The position numbers and the translations under genes were made by a program. From NCBI RefSeq assembly GCF_036321535.1, contig NC_087462.1:6200001-6264000 (forward strand): a stretch of 64,000 nucleotides of DNA. Direction: 5' to 3'. Shown in pieces: positions 51,999 through 60,282 of this stretch. Positions within the stretch are counted from its first letter, which is position 1; every line of letters starts with the position of its first letter. The DNA is from Camelus dromedarius. Lineage: Eukaryota. The notes beneath the pieces are model-generated. The model was not told the DNA's origin, made no database searches, and saw only the letters and a program-made list of their open reading frames with translations.

Positions 51999-52206
51999 CA
52001 GTCCTTCTCATCGAGGTTGATTCCATGCCCCCAGGGGACATTTGGCAATGTCTGCAGACATTTTTGGTTGTCCTGACTAGGGGTGGGAGTGCTGCTGGTG
52101 CTAGCGGGTAGAGGTCAGGGAAGTTGCTAATCAGCCTGCAATACGAGGGTCAGTCTCTCATGGCAAAGGCTCCAAGAGTCCCTAGTGCCCAGGTTGAGGA
52201 AGGGTG
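51999..52206. mobile_element. MER20-like hAT-Charlie element
   Basis: CCCCAGGGGACATTTGGCAATGTCTGCAGACATTTTTGGTTGTC..GGGTAGAGGTCAGGG. Confidence 0.8.
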
Positions 52207-52379
52207 TGTGCCCTTCTGGTTCCTTCCACCTTGTCGGCTGGTTCAGCTGGGAGAGTGGGGAAACTTTTAGAGGTATCCCCAGTGCCCTGATTGGAGTCTT
52301 TCTTTGCCAGGTAGTTGTAATACCTTGGTGATTGCCTTTGGTTAAAGGGTTCAAACTTTCAATTAGTTGTGGCAGTTGT

Positions 52380-52542
52380 GGTTAATTAGGGGTCATTTCC
52401 GGGAAGGAGGCGCTTCACGTGAAGTCCTTCTGATTTAATGGCCAGGGCCAGCTCAGTTCTCATCCCTGCTCAGTGTGGTGATGATGATTTTCTTTGCAGC
52501 TCAGGAGCAGACACTGTGTGTTTTCACTTCCTGCACCAGGAG
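52380..52542 (+). other. DNMT1: Candidate oocyte-specific alternative first exon (exon 1o) of DNMT1
   Basis: Non-repeat island about 7.6 kb upstream of exon 1s. Starts GGTTAATTAGGGGTCATT, which is 15/18 to the mouse exon 1o sequence GGTTGATTGAGGGTCATT as I recall it. Ends in a consensus donor GAG|GTGAGT at 52542/52543. Confidence 0.7.
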
Positions 52543-52759
52543 GTGAGTGATTCCCTGAGGTCTGACCACTGGGGCCTGGTGGATGTGAATGGGTGGTGGT
52601 CACAGGACCCAGGTGGGCTAAAGAGGGCTTGGGTGGGCTGAGAGAGGCGAGGCAGGACATACGTGTCTTGGAAGGAAGGAGGCCCAAGCTTGAAGTGGGT
52701 GAGAGAAGTGGGGAGAAGTACCCTGGACCAATGCATTCATCCAGGAGTGGAATTACTGG

Positions 52760-53627
52760 GCCGGAGGGCAGGAGTATGGTTAGCCCTAGCAGATATTGCC
52801 AAATCATTTTCCAAAGTGGCTGGGCCATTTTAGGCTCTCCCAGCAACACAGGAGAGTTCTGGTCTTGCTAGCACCCATAAGCTTTTCTTGTTTCATTTCA
52901 GCCATCCTAGCGTTGATGGGTGTCTGTGGGAGCTGATATCATATTGAGGTTTCATTTTGCATTTCCCTGATGACTAATGAAGTTAAGTAGCTTCCCATTC
53001 CAGTCTTGGTCATTTGGATATCCTCCTTTTGTGAAGTGCCTGTTCAGCTCTTTTGTCTACTTAACAAAAAAGAGGTTGCCTGTCTTTTTTTTTTTTACTT
53101 AATTCTATGTATGTCATAGATACAAGTCCTTGGTTGGTGGACATGTCTATGGCTTGTCTTTTTGGTGATATCTTTTGATGAACAAATTCATTTTAATACA
53201 GCGTAACATATTTTTCTTTATGATTAACATGCTTTGTGTCCCGTTAAAGAAACATTTGCCTACTCCAAAGTCACAGTGATGTTCTATGTCTTATTTTAAG
53301 AGCTTTCTTGACTTTGCTTTTCCATTTAGATCTGGGAGATGGCTGGAGTTTTGTATATGGTATGAGGTAGGGATCAAGGTTCCCTTTCTTCCATAGGGTT
53401 ATCCAGTGGGTCCAGCACCATTGACTGACAAGACTATCCTTTCACCAATGCTCTGCCAGTTTTTGTTTGACATAAATAATACAGCCATATAGTCCAGCAT
53501 TCCAAAAGGGCAAAAAGACATGCAGAAAAATTCCTCCTTCTGCTTTCAGCTCCTAAGTAACATTCTTTATGTCCAGGAATTTATCCATTTGCTTAATTCC
53601 CAAGATTTTATATATATAAATGTAAGT

Positions 53628-53677
<50 letters not shown>

Positions 53678-54100
53678 GTAAGTATACATACTTGCTTCCA
53701 CCCCTTCCCCCCTTTTTCACATGAACAGTAGCACACTATACATTCTGTTCTACATCTTGCTTTTTTTCCCCCACTTACAGATAGGAACTGACCTCTAGGC
53801 TATTATGTATAAAAACATCCTTTTGTTTTTTGATGTGGGGGTTGTCATTGTATGAATGGAATATAGTTCCTTTAGCTCATCCCCACTGATGGGGAACTAG
53901 GTTCTTTCCAGTTATTTTGCTACAGACAAGGCTCAGTGAATAGTTGGTCCACTTCTCCTTTTGCACATGTATATGCGGCTATTTTAGGAGAAATTCCTGG
54001 CAGTAGAATAGCAGAATAAAAGGGTGTGTGCATTTCCTATTTTGATGGCTATTTGCAGAATAAGCATTTAATGTAGGGGGAGAGGCATCACACCCTCACC
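52760..54100 (-). mobile_element. Old L1 fragments (L1MC/ME-like)
   Basis: TTTCATTTTGCATTTCCCTGATGACTAATGAAGTT..GTGAAGTGCCTGTTCAG..CCAGCACCATTG. Confidence 0.6.
53609..53677. repeat. Compound (TA)n-(CA)n-(TA)n microsatellite
   Basis: About 19 CA units at 53631-53668 flanked by TA runs. Confidence 0.95.
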
Positions 54101-54409
54101 CACATAGAGCTCTGGGAGTCTTTGTTTTGTGTCAACAACACCCTGGGCATTTTGCTAGGTGCTGGTATCGAGCTATCACCCCCAAATGTATGATTACCAG
54201 CTGAGAAAAAGCTTAGAAAGGAAAGAGCTATGTTCTCAGAACCTATCAGACACCTGATAGTATTGGGGGAGGTTAGGAAAGGCCCCTTGAAGGAGTTGAT
54301 GGGTGAGTCAAAACAGGAAGAATGAACAGAGATTCTTCAAGCAGGAGAAGTAGACACATGGAACAACAGGCCTTTCGAAGGTAAAGGAACAGCAAGTGCA
54401 AAAACCTTT

Positions 54410-54912
54410 CAATCATTACCTATGGCTGAATAACAAAAAGCCCCACAGTCCAGTGCCTTAGAATACCACCACCCATGTTATTATCTCACAACGGTTTCTG
54501 TGGGATGGGAATTTGGGAGCAGCGAAATGAACAGTTCCAGCCTGAGACGTCTCATGAGTCACAGTCAGATATTGGCTGGGGCTACCATCATCTGAAAGCT
54601 TGACTGGGGCTGGAGGAGACACTTCCAAAGCAGCTCACTCACACTGCTGACAAACGGAGCCCTTTTCCCATGGGCTTCCCCACAGGGCTGATCGAGCATC
54701 CTCACAACGTGGTGGCTGGCTTCCCCCATGGGAACAAGGTGGTGCTGTGATGGCTTTGATGATCTAGCCTCAGGAATCCTGCATCTTCACTTCCACCATA
54801 TTTTCTTGGCCACACAGGCTGGCCCTGACTCACTGTGGGAGAGGATTCTAGAAAGGCATGACTACTGAGGGGCAAGGAATGTTGGAGGGCCCTCTTGGAG
54901 GCTGGTTACCAC
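54410..54912 (-). mobile_element. MLT1-family (MaLR) LTR
   Basis: CATCATCTGAAAGCTTGACTGGGGCTGGAGGA..CACTTCCAA..GGAGGCTGGTTACCACA. Confidence 0.65.
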
Positions 54913-56306
54913 AGCTCTTAGGCAGGAACGGGCAGGGAGTATCCAGGATGCAGCTCAGCTGGGCGAGCAAAAAGGATGAGTGGCAAAAGCTGAGGTGGGC
55001 AGGTCTAGGCCTGTGGGGGTTGGGTTTACCCTAAGAGCATTGAGAAGCCATTTGGATGCTTTCAATGGGGTCGGGAGGGGGTGACATGGTGAGATCTGCT
55101 TTCTGAGAAGATCCTTCCCACTTCCTTGTGGAGAACATGTAATGAGAGGGCTGAGTGGCAGCCCAGGAAGGAGGCCAGACAGGCATCAAAGAAAGAGGAG
55201 AGGATGACCTGAGCTGGGGCGGTGGCCCTGGAGGGGCAGATCAGCTAACTGACTCAAGGGCTGTTTGAAGGAAAACCCCGCCGGGCTTGGCAGCAAGCCT
55301 TCTTTGATTCCAAAACAGAAAGCTGTCAGCCTGCTCAAGGGTCTGAGCAGGCGGGTCTGCCCAGCACACTCCAGAGTTGGTTTCCCCAGATTCAATTCCC
55401 GGTCGCTTAAGCCTAGAGAGAGAGCCTGTGAGGCCTGTCCTGGTGGTCTTCCTGCCTGGCCCCCTGCCTGGCCTGAGAGTGGCAAAGTGTCCTTGTTGAA
55501 CCCTTGAGTGTTGCTGCCACCGCCTGGGGCCTCTGCAGGCTGGTCCCAAGTGAGAGCTCAGGGGCAGTGACTAATTCCCCAGCATGTGGCGTGACTCAGC
55601 TCTGGCCTTCTGACTGACCGTGGCTCAGGACACATGGCCGTCCCTCCGCCAGCCTTTGCTTTGGGCTGCCCAACCTTGGCTGGACAGACACCCAGACCCT
55701 CCTGACCTCTGAAGTATGCCCCCCCCCCCCAGTCTCCAAATGGTCTTCTCTCTCCTGGCCTCTGGAGAGTGGCCCTTCAGCTGGAGGCAGGAGTGTGGCC
55801 TGGGAAAGAGGGAGCTGGGGCCTGACACATCTCGTGAGGGATTTGTGAACCCTACTAAGTGGCGGAGACGGTAGATGCCCAGAAGAGCTGACCTGCCTTG
55901 CTCTGGAAGTTCCAGTTGCTCCTCTCAAAGGATGAGCCCATGTTTCGTTGGGAAATGGGTCCCTGGTTCAGCCAGTCACTCTGGAGGCTCCTGGAAGCCA
56001 TCAATATCCCTTCCCCATGACCTCTTACTGCTGACGTCTTACTGGTCATGTAAGTCGAGAGAAGCTGGTGATTCAGGGACTATAGACAGACCTGGGTTTG
56101 CAGCTTGAGTTGATGGGTGCCTCAGTTTCCCTGTCTGTGAAATGGAAATCACGTTGTTGTAGGGGAGACAAGAGCTCTATACTTTGTATCAGGCATCTCC
56201 CATGTGTGACCTCTCATGTCCTACAGATTTATCTAACCAATACTCGGATTCCTACTGAGTGAGCCCTTGGAGGGTCAGTGGAAAAAGGCAGACTACCAGG
56301 TCTTTG

Positions 56307-56525
56307 CAGGGGTCAGCACACTAAGGCTCATGGGCTAAATCTGGCCTGCTGGGTTTTTGTAAATAAAGTTTTATTGGAACACAGCCATATCTAGTCACCT
56401 GCGTAGTGTCTATGGCTGTCTTCATGCCTCGTCGGCCGAGTTGAGTCGTTGTGACAGAACATGTGGCCCACAAAACCTAAAATATTTACTCTCTGATCTT
56501 GTATAGAAAAACTTTCTGACCCCTG
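56307..56525. mobile_element. MER58A-like hAT-Charlie MITE
   Basis: TIRs CAGGGGTCAG ... CTGACCCCTG; internal TTTTGTAAATAAAGTTTTATTGGAACACAGCC. Confidence 0.85.
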
Positions 56526-56945
56526 CTCTGCTCTAGTGGAACAAAAAGACTATGATAGACACAAACAAGAGTCTGTGACAGTGATAAATGCTCTGAAGAA
56601 ACAGAAGAGTAGGATAGAGTGGCTGGGGGTGAGGGGTTGCTTCCAGGCGGTTCCAGGGGAAGCCTCTGGGTAGCAGCAACATTTGAGCTGTATGAATCTC
56701 CCAGAAGAGCAGGCTGGGCAGAAGTGACAGCAAAGGCAAAGGCCCTGGGGCACTTAAGAGTCGGAAAGACTGAAAGTGGGTCAATGAAGCTGAAGCTTAT
56801 TGATGGGGGGAGGGAGGTGAGCTGCATCCAGACAGGAACCTATAAATGGAGTTAAATGCTTACATTTTACTTCAAGGGCAATGGGAAGTTCTGGAAGATT
56901 TGAGTGGGAAAGAAAAGGGCGTTAGAAAATTTTAACACCTTCTGT

Positions 56946-57113
56946 GGGTGGGCGGGTGTAGCTCAGTGCTAGTGTGCATGCTTAGCGTGCACGAGGTCCT
57001 GGGTTTGATCCCCAGTACCTCCACTAAAAAATAATAAATAATCCTAATTACCACCCCCCAAACCTTTAAAATAAATAAATAAACCTAATTACCTCTCCTC
57101 AGGAAAAAATATT
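56946..57113 (+). mobile_element. Camelid tRNA-derived SINE (Vic-1 type) with duplicated tail unit
   Basis: TAGCTCAGTG..GCACGAGGTCCTGGGTTTGATCCCC; the CCTAATTACC tail unit occurs twice. Confidence 0.85.
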
Positions 57114-58210
57114 TTTAATGCCCTCTGGATGCAGTGGTCTGGGAGATGGGGAAAGAGGCTGCTAGAATAGTCCAGGAGAGCCATAATGGCAGTCTGGGTT
57201 GGGGTGGCAGCCCAGTGGATAAGCAGAAAGACCTGGGTGTATTTCAGAGGAAGAACCGACAGATTACTCACCTGCTGCATGTGAGGGGAGGGAAGGAATT
57301 AGAGATGGTGCCTGGCTTTTTGCCTCTGAGTAACTTGAGAGCAGATCAGCTGGGCTAGAAGCCCAGTGTAGGTCCCAACTTGCTGGGGGCCCTTGAACAT
57401 ATCTATGTATCTGAACCCTTGCTCCATCTGTAAAATGGGTCAAATCCTCCCTTGGTAAAAGAAGTAGGAAGAGAAGCTACCTGAGAGGGAGCCTCCAATA
57501 AGTGCAGCTGCTTTCCTGAGAGCTGAGGCCCCTGAACAGCAGATCTGCTCATCTCTCTCCCCTCCCTCCCCTGTCCTGTGAGCGTCCCTCTTCCTAAGGT
57601 GGGTTAGGGACCCAGATACTGGCTTCTGATAAGTCTACAGGTCCTGAGCCTCACTCTGGTGAAATAGTCTTCTATTTGCCACCTCTTGTCTGCCCTTCCT
57701 CCTTAGTGTAGTTCCCCCAGTGCTGCCCCTGGGCCTCCTGGGTGCCTGACAGCTGGCCAACCCAGGGGTCACTGTTTTACATGCAGGATCTGGAGTTAAA
57801 AACACTTGGATTCATGGATCCTGCTGCTACTGAACCTATGATCTTGGGTAAGCAGCCTCTGAGCCAGACTTCTTTGTGACAGATATCCTAGGCCATGGGA
57901 AATAGGGGTCCTGATACCCTCCCTTTTTGGTAGTCAAGGATTAAATTAAACTACTCCTAAAGTGCCTGGTACAGTAAGTACATAGTGCTGATTAAATATT
58001 AAATTAATAGCTATTAATTTTATTCCTAATATTTCAGTCCTCCTGGATCCTGCTCTGTGTGTGTAACTCATAGCAACCAGAGGGTCTCTGGTCCATTTCT
58101 GGCCAGAAGCTCTCCACCACCTGTTGGAGGAAACTAGTTTATGTGTGTCTACAAACACATTCACTTATAAATTTTTTAGTACAACTTGTAAATCCATTCT
58201 GATGCTTTTT

Positions 58211-58369
58211 CTTTTTCTTTATTCCTTTTTTTGGGGGAAGGTAATTAAGTTTTTTTAAACTGTTGATAGCATTTAAGTTTTTATTTATTTTAATTGAGGA
58301 ACTGGGGATTGAACCCAGGACCTTGTGCATGCTAGGCATGCATTCTACCACTGAGCTATACCTTCCCCT
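58211..58369 (-). mobile_element. Camelid tRNA-derived SINE (Vic-1 type), intact A/B boxes, 11-bp TSD
   Basis: Reverse complement TAGCTCAGTGG and GGTTCAATCCC; TSD TGATGCTTTTT at 58200-58210 and 58370-58380. Confidence 0.9.
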
Positions 58370-58409
58370 TGATGCTTTTTTTGTTGTGGCAGATAAAATA
58401 CTTAAAAAA

Positions 58410-59690
58410 AAAAAACCAAACCCTTTACCTTATTAATGGTTTATTTCTTCTTTATTGTGGTTAAAAACACATAGCATGTACCATCGTAACCATTTTTAAA
58501 TGTGCAGTATACTAGTGTTAACTACATGCACTTTGTTGCGGAGATCTCTGAAACTTTTCATCCCCTAAAACTGAAACTCTATTCCCATTGAACATCTCCC
58601 CTCCTACTCCACCCCCCAGCCCCTGGTAACTCCTGTTGTTCTTTTGTAAGAGGTGATTAAATTAGATACCTCAAATAAGTGGAATCACGCAGTGTCTGTC
58701 TTCGTGACTGGCTTATTTCACTTAGCATAATGACCTCAAGGTTCACCCAGGTTATCACAAAAGGGCAGGATTTCCTTTTTTAAGGCTGAGTAATCCGTTG
58801 TTTGTATATGGCACACTTGCCTTATCCATTCATCTATATACATGGACATTTGGGCTGCTTCCACCTCTTGGCTATTATAAATAATGCTGCTATGAAGACG
58901 AGTGTGCAAATATCTCTTCCAGATCCCATTTTCTATTGTTTTGAATACATACCCAGAAATGGGATTGCCACATCATATGATAATTCTGTTGTTAATTTTT
59001 TGGGGAAACTTCACACTTTGCTATAGCAGCTGCACTATTCTAAATCCCTACCAACAGTTCATATAGGTCCTAATCTCCACGTTGTCGCTAATACTTTGTT
59101 TTGTTTTGATAGTGACCATCCTAATGTGTGTGAGGGGATCTCATTGTGGTTTTGATTTGCATTTCCCTGATTAGTCATGTTGAACATCTTTTCATGTTTG
59201 TCCATCTTGTGTGTCTTTTATGGAACTGTCTATTCAAATCTTTTGCCTTTTTATTAAATCGAGTTGTCTTTTTGTTGAGTGGTAGGAGTTCTTTATGTAT
59301 TTTGGATATTAAGCCCTTATCAGATACACAAACATTTTCTCCCATCCTATTGGTTGCATTTTCACTTTGAATCCTTTGCTGTGCATATGTTTACTTGAAT
59401 GTAGTCCCATCTATTTTAGCTTTTGTGGCCTGTGCTTTGGTGTCATATCCAAGAAATCATTGCCAAGTACAATGTTGTGAAGCTGTTCCCACCACCCCAG
59501 CCACAGCCACAGCCACAGCCACAGACACACACACATTTTCTTCTAGGAGTTCTGTAGTTTTAGGTCTAGACTTATGCCTTTAATCCATTTGAGTTAACTC
59601 TATATAAGGTGTAAGGTAAAGGTCCACTTTCATTCTTTTGCATGTAGGTATCCAATTTTCCCAGCACCATTTGAAGACACTATTCTTTGC
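58410..59690 (-). mobile_element. L1MB-like fragment
   Basis: GGACATTTGGGCTGCTTCCACCTCTTGGCTATTATAAATAATGCTGC..TTTTCCCAGCACCATTTG. Confidence 0.75.
59498..59534. repeat. (CAGCCA)n hexamer grading into (CA)n inside an L1
   Basis: About 4 units of CAGCCA, then CACACA. Confidence 0.8.
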
Positions 59691-59929
59691 CGAAGTTCCG
59701 GTGCTTCTTTCAACACACAGGCTGTGGAAGTGGCCCAGGTCTCCTATTAGCTCCTTTTCACAAATGAGGAAACAGACTGATTCCAAATGACCTGCCCAGG
59801 GTTAGCAAATAGGTGGAGGTGGGATTGGAATTGAGGACTTGAACTCTAGAGCCCTCACGCTAGAACCACCTGGAGATGCTCCGGATTTTACTCCTAGCCT
59901 GCGGGGAAAGAATGAATGAATGAATGTCT

Positions 59930-60200
59930 CAGGCAAGGCTCCCAGCAGAGGCGCTTGGACAAGCCCACTGCTCAGCGCGGGGGTGCGCGTCTGCCTCGCG
60001 CATGCGCAACCCCTGCGCACAGCCGGCTCCACTGCGTCTGCCCACACATGGTACGGCCTCTCTCCGTGTGGTACGTCCCGCCTTCCCCCACTCCCGGGCC
60101 TGGATGGTACGCGCCGCCTCCGCTCGCCGCCCCTCCCCATCGGTTTCCGCGCGAAAAGCCAGGGTTGCCTGTGCTGCTGCTGCCTCTGCTGCACCTTCTA
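59930..60200 (+). promoter_or_regulatory. DNMT1 somatic CpG-island promoter with NRF1 and overlapping E2F sites
   Basis: GCGCATGCGCA at 59998-60008; TTTCCGCGCGAAAA (bidirectional E2F site) at 60144-60157; GC boxes; no TATA. Confidence 0.8.
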
Positions 60201-60202
60201 AG

Positions 60203-60282
60203 ATGCCCGCCCGTACCGCCCCAGCCCGGGTGCCTGCGCTGGCCTCCCGGGCCTTCTCATTGCCTGACGATGTCCGCAGGCG
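60203..60282 (+). CDS. DNMT1: DNA (cytosine-5)-methyltransferase 1, somatic exon 1 (exon 1s); rest of gene beyond window
   Basis: MPARTAPARVPALASRAFSLPDDVRR(R); 80 nt, phase-2 donor CG|GTAGGT; lies in a CpG island. Confidence 0.96.

Noticed and set aside
59920-60201. 93-aa ORF ending just before the DNMT1 ATG, as an independent gene
   Set aside because: It overlaps the promoter and its ATG lies in an (AATG)n stretch, probably upstream of the TSS. Relevant only as the frame homologous to the human upstream peptide.
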